Source: Escherichia coli
GTDB lineage: Bacteria; Pseudomonadota; Gammaproteobacteria; Enterobacterales; Enterobacteriaceae
Assembly: GCF_003018255.1 (NCBI RefSeq)
Contig: NZ_CP027440.1
Strand: one strand, 5' to 3'
Length of the DNA stretch: 64,000 nt
The notes under the pieces were generated by a model. It did no database searches and was not told the DNA's origin. It saw nothing but the letters and a program-made list of their open reading frames with translations. Each line of letters starts with the position of its first letter. Position 1 is the stretch's first letter. A program made the position numbers and the translations under genes. This document shows, piece by piece, positions 53,452-64,000 of this stretch.

Positions 53452-54572
53452 TGCGTTTTGTTGATGAATATCGCGCGCCGGAACAGGTGATGCAGTTAAT
53501 TGAGCATCTGCGCGAACGTGCTTCACATCTCTCTTACACCGCCGAACGCCCTCTGCGGATTATGGAAGTGTGTGGCGGTCATACCCACGCCATTTTTAAA
53601 TTCGGCCTCGACCAGTTGCTACCGGAAAACGTTGAGTTTATCCACGGTCCGGGTTGCCCGGTGTGCGTACTGCCAATGGGTAGAATCGACACCTGCGTGG
53701 AGATTGCCAGCCATCCGGAAGTCATCTTCTGTACCTTTGGCGATGCCATGCGCGTACCAGGGAAACAGGGGTCGCTGTTGCAGGCAAAAGCACGCGGTGC
53801 CGATGTGCGCATCGTTTACTCGCCAATGGATGCGTTAAAACTGGCGCAGGAGAATCCAACCCGTAAAGTGGTATTCTTCGGCTTAGGTTTTGAAACCACC
53901 ATGCCGACCACCGCCATCACTCTGCAACAGGCGAAAGCCCGCGATGTGCAGAATTTTTACTTCTTCTGCCAGCACATTACGCTTATCCCGACGCTGCGCA
54001 GTTTGCTGGAACAGCCAGATAACGGTATCGACGCGTTCCTCGCGCCGGGCCACGTCAGTATGGTTATCGGCACTGATGCCTATAATTTTATCGCCAGCGA
54101 TTTTCATCGCCCGCTGGTGGTCGCTGGTTTCGAACCCCTTGATCTACTGCAAGGCGTGGTGATGCTGGTGGAGCAGAAAATAGCGGCCCACAGCAAGGTA
54201 GAGAATCAGTATCGTCGGGTGGTACCGGATGCCGGTAACCTGCTGGCGCAACAGGCGATTGCCGATGTGTTCTGTGTCAACGGCGACAGTGAATGGCGCG
54301 GCTTAGGCGTGATTGAATCTTCTGGCGTGCACCTGACGCCGGATTATCAACGATTCGATGCCGAAACACATTTCCGCCCGGCACCGCAGCAGGTCTGCGA
54401 TGACCCGCGTGCGCGTTGTGGCGAAGTCTTGACGGGCAAATGTAAGCCGCATCAATGCCCGCTGTTTGGTAACACCTGTAATCCTCAAACCGCGTTTGGT
54501 GCGCTGATGGTTTCCTCCGAAGGAGCGTGCGCCGCGTGGTATCAGTATCGTCAGCAGGAGAGTGAAGCGTGA
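53451..54572 (+). CDS. hypD: hydrogenase maturation Fe-S protein
   Basis: 373-aa ORF; GPGCPVC motif; recognised as HypD. Confidence 0.93.
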   Translation: MRFVDEYRAPEQVMQLIEHLRERASHLSYTAERPLRIMEVCGGHTHAIFKFGLDQLLPENVEFIHGPGCPVCVLPMGRIDTCVEIASHPEVIFCTFGDAMRVPGKQGSLLQAKARGADVRIVYSPMDALKLAQENPTRKVVFFGLGFETTMPTTAITLQQAKARDVQNFYFFCQHITLIPTLRSLLEQPDNGIDAFLAPGHVSMVIGTDAYNFIASDFHRPLVVAGFEPLDLLQGVVMLVEQKIAAHSKVENQYRRVVPDAGNLLAQQAIADVFCVNGDSEWRGLGVIESSGVHLTPDYQRFDAETHFRPAPQQVCDDPRARCGEVLTGKCKPHQCPLFGNTCNPQTAFGALMVSSEGACAAWYQYRQQESEA

Positions 54573-55579
54573 ATAATATCCAACTCGCCCACGGTAGCGG
54601 CGGCCAGGCGATGCAGCAATTAATCAACAGCCTGTTTATGGAAGCCTTTGCCAACCCGTGGCTGGCAGAGCAGGAAGATCAGGCCCGTCTTGATTTGGCA
54701 CAGCTGGTAGCGGAAGGCGACCGTCTGGCGTTCTCAACCGACAGTTACGTCATTGACCCGCTGTTCTTTCCTGGCGGTAATATCGGCAAGCTGGCGATTT
54801 GCGGCACCGCCAATGACGTTGCGGTCAGTGGCGCAATTCCGCGCTATCTCTCCTGTGGCTTTATCCTCGAAGAAGGATTGCCGATGGAGACACTGAAAGC
54901 CGTAGTGACCAGCATGGCAGAAACCGCCCGCGCGGCAGGCATTGCCATCGTTACTGGCGATACCAAAGTGGTACAGCGCGGCGCGGCAGATAAACTGTTT
55001 ATCAACACCGCTGGCATGGGCGCAATTCCGGCGAATATTCACTGGGGCGCACAGACGCTAACCGCAGGCGATGTATTGCTGGTTAGCGGTACACTCGGCG
55101 ACCATGGGGCGACTATCCTTAACCTGCGTGAGCAACTAGGGCTGGATGGAGAACTGGTCAGCGACTGCGCGGTGCTGACGCCGCTTATTCAGACGCTGCG
55201 TGACATTCCCGGCGTGAAAGCGCTGCGTGATGCCACCCGTGGTGGTGTAAACGCGGTGGTTCATGAGTTCGCGGCAGCCTGCGGTTGTGGTATTGAACTT
55301 TCAGAAGCGGCACTGCCGGTTAAACCTGCTGTGCGCGGCGTTTGCGAACTGCTGGGACTGGACGCCCTTAACTTTGCCAACGAAGGCAAACTGGTGATCG
55401 CCGTTGAACGCAACGCAGCAGAGCAAGTGCTGGCGGCGTTACATTCCCATCCATTGGGAAAAGATGCGGCGCTGATTGGCGAAGTAGTAGAACGTAAAGG
55501 TGTTCGTCTTGCCGGTCTGTATGGCGTGAAACGAACCCTCGATCTACCGCACGCCGAACCGCTTCCGCGTATATGCTAA
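54569..55579 (+). CDS. hypE: hydrogenase maturation carbamoyl dehydratase
   Basis: 336-aa ORF ending in C-terminal PRIC; recognised as HypE. Confidence 0.93.
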   Translation: MNNIQLAHGSGGQAMQQLINSLFMEAFANPWLAEQEDQARLDLAQLVAEGDRLAFSTDSYVIDPLFFPGGNIGKLAICGTANDVAVSGAIPRYLSCGFILEEGLPMETLKAVVTSMAETARAAGIAIVTGDTKVVQRGAADKLFINTAGMGAIPANIHWGAQTLTAGDVLLVSGTLGDHGATILNLREQLGLDGELVSDCAVLTPLIQTLRDIPGVKALRDATRGGVNAVVHEFAAACGCGIELSEAALPVKPAVRGVCELLGLDALNFANEGKLVIAVERNAAEQVLAALHSHPLGKDAALIGEVVERKGVRLAGLYGVKRTLDLPHAEPLPRIC

Positions 55580-55652
55580 TAAAATTCTAAATCTCCTATA
55601 GTTAGTCAATGACCTTTTGCACCGCTTTGCGGTGCTTTCCTGGAAGAACAAA

Positions 55653-57731
55653 ATGTCATATACACCGATGAGTGATCTCGGACAGCAAGGGTTGTTCGAC
55701 ATCACTCGGACACTATTGCAGCAGCCCGATCTGGCCTCGCTGTGTGAGGCTCTTTCGCAACTGGTAAAGCGTTCTGCGCTCGCCGACAACGCGGCTATTG
55801 TGTTGTGGCAAGCGCAGACTCAACGTGCGTCTTATTACGCATCGCGTGAAAAAGACACCCCCATTAAATATGAAGACGAAACTGTTCTGGCACACGGTCC
55901 GGTACGCAGCATTTTGTCGCGCCCTGATACGCTGCATTGCAGTTACGAAGAATTTTGTGAAACCTGGCCGCAGCTGGCCACAGGTGGGCTATACCCCAAA
56001 TTTGGTCACTATTGCCTGATGCCACTGGCGGCGGAAGGGCATATTTTTGGTGGCTGTGAATTTATTCGTCATGACGATCGCCCCTGGAGCGAAAAAGAGT
56101 TCAATCGTCTGCAAACATTTACGCAGATCGTTTCTGTCGTCACCGAACAAATCCAGAGCCGCGTCGTTAACAATGTCGACTATGAGTTGTTATGCCGGGA
56201 ACGCGATAACTTCCGCATCCTGGTCGCCATCACTAACGCGGTGCTTTCCCGCCTGGATATGGACGAACTGGTCAGCGAAGTCGCCAAAGAAATCCACTAC
56301 TACTTCGACATTGACGATATCAGCATCGTCTTACGCAGCCACCGTAAAAACAAACTCAACATCTACTCCACTCACTATCTTGATAAACAGCATCCCGCTC
56401 ACGAACAGAGCGAAGTCGATGAAGCCGGAACCCTCACCGAACGCGTCTTCAAAAGTAAAGAGATGCTGTTGATTAATCTCCACGAGCGGGACGATTTAGC
56501 CCCCTATGAACGCATGTTGTTCAACACCTGGGGCAACCAGATTCAAACCTTGTGCCTGTTACCGCTGATGTCTGGCGACACCATGCTGGGCGTGCTAAAA
56601 CTGGCGCAATGCGAAGAGAAAGTCTTTACCACTACCAATCTGAGCTTACTGCGCCAGATTGCCGAACGTGTGGCAATCGCTGTCGATAACGCCCTCGCCT
56701 ATCAGGAAATTCATCGTCTGAAAGAACGGCTGGTTGATGAAAACCTCGCCCTGACCGAGCAGCTCAACAATGTTGATAGTGAATTTGGCGAGATTATTGG
56801 CCGCAGCGAAGCCATGTACAGCGTACTTAAACAAGTGGAAATGGTGGCGCAAAGTGACAGTACCGTTCTGATCCTCGGTGAAACTGGTACAGGTAAAGAG
56901 CTGATTGCCCGCGCGATCCATAATCTCAGTGGGCGTAATAATCGCCGTATGGTCAAAATGAACTGCGCGGCGATGCCTGCCGGATTGCTGGAAAGCGATC
57001 TATTTGGTCATGAGCGTGGGGCTTTTACCGGTGCCAGCGCTCAGCGCATTGGTCGTTTTGAACTGGCGGATAAAAGCTCACTATTCCTCGATGAAGTGGG
57101 CGATATGCCGCTGGAGTTACAGCCGAAGTTGCTGCGTGTATTACAGGAACAGGAGTTTGAACGTCTCGGCAGCAACAAAATCATTCAGACGGACGTACGT
57201 TTAATTGCCGCGACTAACCGCGATCTGAAAAAAATGGTCGCCGACCGAGAGTTCCGTAGCGATCTCTATTACCGTCTGAACGTATTCCCGATCCACCTGC
57301 CGCCACTACGCGAGCGTCCGGAAGATATTCCGCTGCTGGCGAAAGCCTTTACCTTCAAAATTGCCCGTCGTCTGGGGCGCAATATCGACAGCATTCCTGC
57401 CGAGACGCTGCGCATCCTGAGCAACATGGAATGGCCGGGCAACGTGCGTGAGCTGGAAAACGTCATTGAGCGCGCGGTATTGCTAACACGCGGCAACGTG
57501 CTGCAGCTGTCATTGCCAGATATTGCTTTACCAGAACCTGAAACGCCGCCTGCCGCAACGGTTGTCGCCCAGGAGGGCGAAGATGAATATCAGTTGATTG
57601 TTCGCGTGCTGAAAGAAACAAACGGCGTGGTTGCCGGGCCTAAAGGCGCTGCGCAACGTCTGGGGCTGAAACGCACGACTCTGCTGTCACGGATGAAGCG
57701 ACTGGGAATTGATAAATCGGCATTGATTTAA
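55653..57731 (+). CDS. fhlA: formate hydrogenlyase sigma-54-dependent transcriptional activator
   Basis: ORF 55617-57731; start at MSYTPMSDLGQQGLF (692 aa); AAA+ GETGTGKE and GAFTGA motifs. Confidence 0.93.
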   Translation: MSYTPMSDLGQQGLFDITRTLLQQPDLASLCEALSQLVKRSALADNAAIVLWQAQTQRASYYASREKDTPIKYEDETVLAHGPVRSILSRPDTLHCSYEEFCETWPQLATGGLYPKFGHYCLMPLAAEGHIFGGCEFIRHDDRPWSEKEFNRLQTFTQIVSVVTEQIQSRVVNNVDYELLCRERDNFRILVAITNAVLSRLDMDELVSEVAKEIHYYFDIDDISIVLRSHRKNKLNIYSTHYLDKQHPAHEQSEVDEAGTLTERVFKSKEMLLINLHERDDLAPYERMLFNTWGNQIQTLCLLPLMSGDTMLGVLKLAQCEEKVFTTTNLSLLRQIAERVAIAVDNALAYQEIHRLKERLVDENLALTEQLNNVDSEFGEIIGRSEAMYSVLKQVEMVAQSDSTVLILGETGTGKELIARAIHNLSGRNNRRMVKMNCAAMPAGLLESDLFGHERGAFTGASAQRIGRFELADKSSLFLDEVGDMPLELQPKLLRVLQEQEFERLGSNKIIQTDVRLIAATNRDLKKMVADREFRSDLYYRLNVFPIHLPPLRERPEDIPLLAKAFTFKIARRLGRNIDSIPAETLRILSNMEWPGNVRELENVIERAVLLTRGNVLQLSLPDIALPEPETPPAATVVAQEGEDEYQLIVRVLKETNGVVAGPKGAAQRLGLKRTTLLSRMKRLGIDKSALI

Positions 57732-57775
57732 CAGATGTGGTTATACTCGATCAACATTCAATGAAAGGAGGCAGT

Positions 57776-58204
57776 ATGGCAGTTTCAGCAAGAAATCAAT
57801 TAACCGGAACAGTTAGCACAGTAGCAATGGGCGCTGTGAATGATGAAGTAGAACTGACGCTGGCAGGTGGTGCAAAGCTGGTGGCAATTGTGACTCACAG
57901 CAGCCAGCAAGCGCTGGGTCTGGCGAAAGGGAAAGAAGCGATTGCCCTGATTAAAGCCCCGTGGGTCACGCTGGCAACGGAAGACTGTGGACTGAAATTC
58001 TCTGCTCGCAACCAGTTTGCTGGCAGCGTGTCGACAATCACCGAAGGCGCAGTGAACGCCACTGTCCATATCAAAACGGATGCGGGTTTTGAAATTGTGG
58101 CAGTGGTAACAAATGAAAGTCAGGATGAAATGAAACTCACCACTGGCTCGCGCGTTATTGCATTGATCAAAGCATCAGCCATCCTGATTGCCACCAAAGC
58201 GTAA
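57776..58204 (+). CDS. tandem Mop/TOBE-domain (molybdate/tungstate-binding) protein
   Basis: ORF 57737-58204; start placed at ATG 57776 preceded by AAGGAGG at 57765-57771; two about 70-aa repeats of the Mop fold; hairpin terminator follows. Confidence 0.7.
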   Translation: MAVSARNQLTGTVSTVAMGAVNDEVELTLAGGAKLVAIVTHSSQQALGLAKGKEAIALIKAPWVTLATEDCGLKFSARNQFAGSVSTITEGAVNATVHIKTDAGFEIVAVVTNESQDEMKLTTGSRVIALIKASAILIATKA

Positions 58205-58215
58205 ACGCCTTATTT

Positions 58216-58250
58216 GCCGGAGAGTATGGCTCTCCGGCAGATTTATTTCT
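58216..58250. terminator. bidirectional hairpin terminator between Mop gene and ygbA
   Basis: GCCGGAGAG-TATGG-CTCTCCGGC followed by T-rich ATTTATTTCTTT. Confidence 0.65.
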
Positions 58251-58587
58251 TTGGACGATATTTTTCTGGCAACTCCGGCACCGGACGCTTGTCATCGATG
58301 AGATGACGCACGGTTAAGATCGGATGACGCCACAGCATTCTCGGCCCGGCCCAACGCATAATCTGTTTCATCTCTTCACGCTTTGCAGGCTGGTAACAGT
58401 GCACCGGACACTGCTTACAGGCTGGTTTCTCTTCACCGAACACACATTTATCCAGCCGCTTTTGCGCGTAAGCAAACAACGCCTCGTAATGCTCCGGCTC
58501 TGCTGACGCCTGCGGGCATTTCGCTTGATAAAGATCGATCATTTTTTTAATCGTCAGTTTTTCACGAGAGATACGCTTGCCGGACAT
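58243..58587 (-). CDS. ygbA: nitrous-oxide-stimulated-promoter-family protein
   Basis: 114-aa Cys-rich ORF; recognised as YgbA. Confidence 0.85.
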   Translation of the reverse strand: MSGKRISREKLTIKKMIDLYQAKCPQASAEPEHYEALFAYAQKRLDKCVFGEEKPACKQCPVHCYQPAKREEMKQIMRWAGPRMLWRHPILTVRHLIDDKRPVPELPEKYRPKK

Positions 58588-58872
58588 GCTGCCTCCATAC
58601 TCTTAAGGTGCATTTATATTACAACTTAATTTTAAAGGGGACTATGGCTCTGAAGGAGGAGGTTTCTTCAACCGACGAATTTGGCGATCTTGTTTCATCG
58701 TCATCACGCAAAAGCTGCAAAGCAGCATTTTTCGCGGAACCGACATCAAGAACTCACCTTTCGCGTCTTCCCCTGAAATGATTAACTCCGGTATCATGTG
58801 CGCCTTATGTGATTACAACGAAAATAAAAACCATCACACTACATTTAACATCAGGGAGCCGGACTTAACCCC

Positions 58873-61434
58873 ATGAGAACAATAGAAAATTTCGACGCCC
58901 ATACGCCTATGATGCAGCAGTATCTCAAGCTGAAAGCCCAGCATCCCGAGATCCTGCTGTTTTACCGGATGGGCGACTTTTATGAACTGTTTTATGACGA
59001 CGCAAAACGGGCGTCGCAACTGCTGGATATTTCACTGACCAAACGCGGTGCTTCAGCGGGAGAGCCAATCCCGATGGCGGGGATTCCCTACCATGCGGTG
59101 GAAAACTACCTCGCCAAACTGGTGAATCAGGGCGAATCGGTTGCTATTTGTGAACAGATTGGCGATCCGGCGACCAGCAAAGGGCCGGTCGAGCGCAAAG
59201 TTGTCCGTATCGTTACGCCGGGCACCATCAGCGATGAAGCGCTGTTGCAGGAACGTCAGGACAACCTGCTGGCGGCTATCTGGCAGGACAGCAAGGGGTT
59301 CGGCTACGCCACGCTGGATATCAGCTCCGGGCGTTTTCGCCTGAGCGAACCGGCGGACCGCGAAACGATGGCGGCAGAACTGCAACGTACGAATCCAGCG
59401 GAATTACTGTATGCGGAAGATTTCGCCGAGATGTCGCTGATTGAAGGTCGCCGCGGCCTGCGTCGTCGCCCGCTGTGGGAGTTTGAAATCGACACCGCTC
59501 GCCAGCAATTGAACCTGCAATTTGGCACCCGAGATCTGGTCGGTTTTGGTGTGGAGAACGCACCACGCGGACTTTGTGCTGCCGGTTGTCTGTTGCAGTA
59601 TGCGAAAGATACCCAACGCACGACCCTGCCGCATATTCGTTCTATCACTATGGAACGTCAGCAGGACAGCATCATTATGGATGCCGCGACGCGTCGTAAC
59701 CTGGAAATTACTCAGAACCTGGCCGGCGGTGCGGAAAATACGCTGGCTTCAGTGCTCGACTGTACTGTAACGCCGATGGGTAGTCGTATGCTGAAACGCT
59801 GGCTGCATATGCCAGTGCGCGATACCCGCGTGTTGCTTGAGCGCCAGCAAACTATTGGCGCATTGCAGGATTTCACCGCCGAGCTGCAGCCGGTACTGCG
59901 TCAGGTCGGCGACCTGGAACGTATTCTGGCGCGTCTGGCTTTACGAACTGCTCGTCCACGCGATCTGGCCCGTATGCGTCACGCTTTCCAGCAACTGCCG
60001 GAGCTGCGCGCGCAACTGGAAGGTGTCGATAGCGCCCCGGTACAAGCACTGCGTGAGAAGATGGGCGAGTTTGCCGAACTGCGCGACCTGCTGGAGCGAG
60101 CAATCATCGACACGCCGCCGGTGCTGGTACGCGACGGTGGTGTTATTGCGACTGGTTATAACGAAGAACTGGATGAATGGCGCGCGCTGGCTGACGGCGC
60201 GACCGATTATCTGGAGCGTCTGGAAGTCCGCGAGCGTGAACGTACTGGCCTGGACACCCTGAAAGTCGGCTTTAACGCGGTTCATGGTTATTACATTCAG
60301 ATCAGCCGTGGACAAAGCCATCTGGCACCCATCAATTACATGCGTCGCCAGACGCTGAAAAACGCCGAGCGCTACATTATTCCAGAGCTAAAAGAGTACG
60401 AAGACAAAGTTCTCACTTCAAAAGGCAAAGCACTGGCACTGGAAAAACAGCTTTATGAAGAGTTGTTCGACCTGCTGTTGCCGCATCTGGAAGCGTTGCA
60501 ACAGAGCGCGAGCGCGCTGGCGGAACTCGACGTGCTGGTGAACCTGGCGGAACGGGCCTATACGCTGAACTACACCTGCCCGACCTTTATTGATAAACCG
60601 GGTATTCGCATCACCGAAGGCCGCCATCCGGTGGTTGAACAGGTGCTGAATGAGCCGTTTATCGCCAACCCGCTGAACCTGTCGCCGCAGCGTCGCATGT
60701 TGATCATTACCGGTCCGAATATGGGCGGTAAAAGTACCTATATGCGCCAGACCGCACTGATTGCGCTGATGGCCTACATCGGCAGCTATGTACCGGCACA
60801 AAAAGTCGAGATTGGACCTATCGATCGCATCTTTACCCGCGTAGGGGCAGCGGATGATCTGGCATCCGGGCGTTCAACCTTTATGGTGGAAATGACCGAA
60901 ACCGCCAATATTTTACATAACGCCACCGAGTACAGTCTGGTGCTGATGGATGAGATTGGGCGTGGAACGTCCACTTACGATGGTCTGTCGCTGGCGTGGG
61001 CGTGCGCGGAAAATCTGGCGAATAAGATTAAAGCGTTGACGTTGTTTGCTACCCACTATTTCGAGCTGACCCAGTTACCGGAGAAAATGGAAGGCGTCGC
61101 CAACGTGCATCTCGATGCACTGGAGCACGGCGACACCATTGCCTTTATGCACAGCGTGCAGGATGGCGCAGCGAGCAAAAGCTACGGCCTGGCGGTTGCA
61201 GCTCTGGCCGGCGTGCCAAAAGAGGTTATTAAGCGCGCACGGCAAAAACTGCGTGAGCTGGAAAGCATTTCGCCGAACGCCGCCGCTACGCAAGTGGATG
61301 GTACGCAAATGTCTTTGCTGTCAGTGCCAGAAGAAACGTCGCCTGCGGTCGAAGCACTGGAAAATCTCGACCCGGATTCACTGACTCCGCGTCAGGCGCT
61401 GGAGTGGATTTATCGCTTGAAGAGTCTGGTGTAA
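58873..61434 (+). CDS. mutS: DNA mismatch repair protein MutS
   Basis: 853-aa ORF; Walker [10 protein letters not shown]; recognised as MutS. Confidence 0.96.
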   Translation: MRTIENFDAHTPMMQQYLKLKAQHPEILLFYRMGDFYELFYDDAKRASQLLDISLTKRGASAGEPIPMAGIPYHAVENYLAKLVNQGESVAICEQIGDPATSKGPVERKVVRIVTPGTISDEALLQERQDNLLAAIWQDSKGFGYATLDISSGRFRLSEPADRETMAAELQRTNPAELLYAEDFAEMSLIEGRRGLRRRPLWEFEIDTARQQLNLQFGTRDLVGFGVENAPRGLCAAGCLLQYAKDTQRTTLPHIRSITMERQQDSIIMDAATRRNLEITQNLAGGAENTLASVLDCTVTPMGSRMLKRWLHMPVRDTRVLLERQQTIGALQDFTAELQPVLRQVGDLERILARLALRTARPRDLARMRHAFQQLPELRAQLEGVDSAPVQALREKMGEFAELRDLLERAIIDTPPVLVRDGGVIATGYNEELDEWRALADGATDYLERLEVRERERTGLDTLKVGFNAVHGYYIQISRGQSHLAPINYMRRQTLKNAERYIIPELKEYEDKVLTSKGKALALEKQLYEELFDLLLPHLEALQQSASALAELDVLVNLAERAYTLNYTCPTFIDKPGIRITEGRHPVVEQVLNEPFIANPLNLSPQRRMLIITGPNMGGKSTYMRQTALIALMAYIGSYVPAQKVEIGPIDRIFTRVGAADDLASGRSTFMVEMTETANILHNATEYSLVLMDEIGRGTSTYDGLSLAWACAENLANKIKALTLFATHYFELTQLPEKMEGVANVHLDALEHGDTIAFMHSVQDGAASKSYGLAVAALAGVPKEVIKRARQKLRELESISPNAAATQVDGTQMSLLSVPEETSPAVEALENLDPDSLTPRQALEWIYRLKSLV

Positions 61435-61440
61435 TAACAA

Positions 61441-61470
61441 TTCCCGATAGTCTTTTGCTATCGGGAATAT
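61441..61470 (+). terminator. hairpin after mutS
   Basis: TTCCCGATAG-TCTTTTG-CTATCGGGAA. Confidence 0.5.
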
Positions 61471-61539
61471 TAACGACAACTGACGAATCAAATAAAAATA
61501 CCCTGTATAATAGGAAATCTTATTTTACAGGGTAAAACC

Positions 61540-62196
61540 ATGCCATCTACACGCTACCAAAAAATCAATGCCCATCACTATCACCATATATGGGCCGTTG
61601 GTGATATTCATGGTGACTATCAATTATTACAATCCCGCTTACATCAACTCTCTTTTTGTCCTGAAACCGACTTGCTTATTTCTGTCGGCGATAACATCGA
61701 TCGTGGGCCCGAGAGTCTTAACGTGCTGCGCCTGTTAAACCAGCCCTGGTTTATCTCCGTCAAAGGCAACCACGAAGCGATGGCGCTTGAGGCATTCGAA
61801 ACTGGCGATGGAAATATGTGGCTTGCCAGCGGTGGTGACTGGTTTTTCGATTTAAATGATTCAGAGCAACAAGAGGCAATAGATCTGTTGCTGAAATTCC
61901 ATCACCTTCCACATATTATTGAAATCACTAACGACACCATAAAATATGTCATCGCACATGCAGATTATCCGGGGAAGGAGTATCAGTTTGGCAAAGAAAT
62001 AGCGGAGAGCGAATTACTCTGGCCTGTTGATCGTGTGCAGAAATCACTTAATAGCGAATTACAAAAAATAAACGGCGCTGATTATTTTATATTTGGACAT
62101 ATGATGTTTGATAACATTCAGACGTTCGCAAACCAGATTTATATTGATACCGGATCGCCGAAAAGCGGGCGGCTGTCATTTTATAAAATAAAGTAG
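61540..62196 (+). CDS. pphB: serine/threonine protein phosphatase 2
   Basis: 218-aa ORF with metallophosphatase GDIHG and GNHE motifs; recognised as PphB. Confidence 0.92.
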   Translation: MPSTRYQKINAHHYHHIWAVGDIHGDYQLLQSRLHQLSFCPETDLLISVGDNIDRGPESLNVLRLLNQPWFISVKGNHEAMALEAFETGDGNMWLASGGDWFFDLNDSEQQEAIDLLLKFHHLPHIIEITNDTIKYVIAHADYPGKEYQFGKEIAESELLWPVDRVQKSLNSELQKINGADYFIFGHMMFDNIQTFANQIYIDTGSPKSGRLSFYKIK

Positions 62197-62225
62197 TCTC
62201 ATGCTTCTTCTGTGAAGCATGAGTA
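62197..62225. terminator. bidirectional hairpin between pphB and ygbI
   Basis: CTCATGCTT ... AAGCATGAG inverted repeat. Confidence 0.5.
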
Positions 62226-62246
62226 ACCCGGCGTTATTGCAGGTCA

Positions 62247-63044
62247 TTATTCATTTTTCGCTACCAGCAAAGAGAGATCCAGCTTCGCCAGCGCGCGGCT
62301 GGCACTCTCCGGCAGACCATCGTCAGTAATGATCTGATCAAACTCGCTTAATGGTAACGCCAGCCATGTCGCCACCTGTCCATATTTCGTCGCATCACAG
62401 ACCAAAACTCGCTGGCGGCTGGCACTGGCAATCGCCCGTTTCACCGTGACTTTATCTTCTGCTGGCGTAGAGATCCCCCGCACACTCCATGACGATGCAG
62501 AAATAAAAGCCTGATCAATCATCAGGCTACGCAGCATGGTCGCAGCGGCTTCCCCAACACAGGAACGGTTTTCCCGACACACTGCGCCGCCAGTGTGAAT
62601 AATTGTGCAATTACTGTTGTCGAGCAAGTAGTCCGCAATAACGAAGTCGTTAGTAACCACTGTGAGTGGCTCCATGTGAGTCAGATGCTGTGCAATCGCT
62701 AACGTGGTCGTTCCCGCATCCAGATAGATACAACGTCCCGGCTGAACAAGACTTGCCGCCAGCTTGCCAATAGCCGCTTTTTGCGTCATTGCCAGCGCAG
62801 TTTTTACCTGATGAGAAGGTTCATGCGCCACCCGTCCCGGAGACTGGACGCCCCCGGACACCAACACAACGGCTCCCTGCTGCTCCAGTTTTTGTAAATC
62901 CCGACGAATGGTCATATGTGACACATTCATTCTGTCCGTTAGTTCAGCAATACTAACAATGCCTTTTTCAGCTACCATCTCAAGGATGATTTGGCGACGC
63001 TCTACGGGTATCAACTTTTGCTCCTTCCTTTGTCCTGCTGACAT
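62247..63044 (-). CDS. ygbI: DeoR-family transcriptional regulator
   Basis: 265-aa ORF with N-terminal HTH and C-terminal sugar-phosphate-binding DeoR domain; true start may be internal. Confidence 0.8.
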   Translation of the reverse strand: MSAGQRKEQKLIPVERRQIILEMVAEKGIVSIAELTDRMNVSHMTIRRDLQKLEQQGAVVLVSGGVQSPGRVAHEPSHQVKTALAMTQKAAIGKLAASLVQPGRCIYLDAGTTTLAIAQHLTHMEPLTVVTNDFVIADYLLDNSNCTIIHTGGAVCRENRSCVGEAAATMLRSLMIDQAFISASSWSVRGISTPAEDKVTVKRAIASASRQRVLVCDATKYGQVATWLALPLSEFDQIITDDGLPESASRALAKLDLSLLVAKNE

Positions 63045-63209
63045 TCTACGCTATTTGCCTGCGAAACGTGCGCGGCGCAACTAACGCTTAGTTCACATAA
63101 AATAACATACAATGTTAATTTTTGTGAATCAGCTCACCATATCGTTATCTTTCCGCGCTTATATTCACAACATCAAACAAAATATCACTTAAATTAACAA
63201 GGAGAGCAG

Positions 63210-64000
63210 ATGAAAACGGGATCGGAGTTTCATGTCGGTATCGTTGGCTTAGGGTCAATGGGAATGGGAGCAGCACTGTCATGTGTCCGCGCAGGTCTTT
63301 CTACCTGGGGCGCAGACCTGAACAGCAATGCCTGCGCTACGTTGAAAGAGGCAGGTGCTTGCGGAGTTTCTGATAACGCCGCGACGTTTGCCGAAAAACT
63401 GGACGCTCTGCTGGTGCTGGTGGTCAATGCGGCCCAGGTTAAACAGGTGCTGTTTGGTGAAACAGGCGTTGCACAACATCTGAAACCCGGTACGGCAGTA
63501 ATGGTTTCTTCCACTATCGCCAGTGCTGATGCGCAAGAAATTGCTACCGCTCTGGCTGGATTCGATCTGGAAATGCTGGATGCGCCAGTTTCTGGTGGTG
63601 CAGTAAAAGCCGCTAACGGTGAAATGACTGTCATGGCCTCCGGTAGCGATATTGCCTTTGAACGACTAGCACCCGTGCTGGAAGCCGTTGCCGGAAAAGT
63701 TTATCGCATAGGTGCAGAACCGGGACTAGGTTCGACCGTAAAAATTATTCACCAGTTGTTAGCGGGCGTACATATTGCTGCCGGAGCCGAAGCGATGGCA
63801 CTTGCAGCCCGTGCGGGGATCCCGCTGGATGTGATGTATGACGTCGTGACCAATGCCGCCGGAAATTCATGGATGTTCGAAAACCGGATGCGTCATGTGG
63901 TGGATGGCGATTACACCCCGCATTCAGCCGTCGATATTTTTGTTAAGGATCTTGGTCTGGTTGCCGATACCGCCAAAGCCCTGCACTTCCCGCTGCCATT
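63210..64000 (+). CDS. ygbJ: NAD-dependent 3-hydroxyisobutyrate-dehydrogenase-family oxidoreductase, 3'-truncated by window end
   Basis: ATG 63210 preceded by AAGGAG; Rossmann motif GIVGLGSMGMG; reading frame open to window end. Confidence 0.8.
   Translation, partial: MKTGSEFHVGIVGLGSMGMGAALSCVRAGLSTWGADLNSNACATLKEAGACGVSDNAATFAEKLDALLVLVVNAAQVKQVLFGETGVAQHLKPGTAVMVSSTIASADAQEIATALAGFDLEMLDAPVSGGAVKAANGEMTVMASGSDIAFERLAPVLEAVAGKVYRIGAEPGLGSTVKIIHQLLAGVHIAAGAEAMALAARAGIPLDVMYDVVTNAAGNSWMFENRMRHVVDGDYTPHSAVDIFVKDLGLVADTAKALHFPLP

Noticed and set aside
58873-61434. MutS N-terminus reads MRTIENF rather than the MSAIENF I remember for K-12
   Set aside because: A two-residue polymorphism at the extreme N-terminus, more likely strain variation or imperfect recall than a functional feature.

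Overview
This window reads as an Escherichia coli-type chromosomal segment with mostly well-known core genes, identified by recognising the translated ORFs (no searches were run). Gene order: nrdHIEF, proVWX, ygaY, ygaZH, mprA, emrAB, [2.1 kb two-gene insert], luxS, micA, gshA, yqaAB, four tRNA-Arg plus tRNA-Ser, csrA, alaS, recX, recA, pncC, mltB, srlAEBD-gutM-srlR-gutQ, norR/norVW, hypF-hydN, ascG/ascFB, hycIHGFEDCBA, hypABCDE, fhlA, a small Mop-domain gene, ygbA, mutS, pphB, ygbI and the start of ygbJ. The standout is the cassette at 13704-15520 between emrB and luxS: a 235-aa protein with ligase-type nucleotidyltransferase motifs, overlapping by 4 bp a 370-aa fusion of an HD phosphohydrolase domain and a P-loop kinase domain. 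That combination is the enzyme set of an RNA end-healing and sealing (RNA repair) pathway; I do not recall it in the K-12 reference and know of no characterised E. coli example. Secondary observations: tRNA 3'-end-derived hairpin repeats in the Arg tRNA array, an intact ygaY, a Mop-domain gene between fhlA and ygbA, and a recurring TGTCA-N-TCGACA motif in front of three formate-hydrogenlyase operons. All comparisons to K-12 are from memory and need alignment to confirm.
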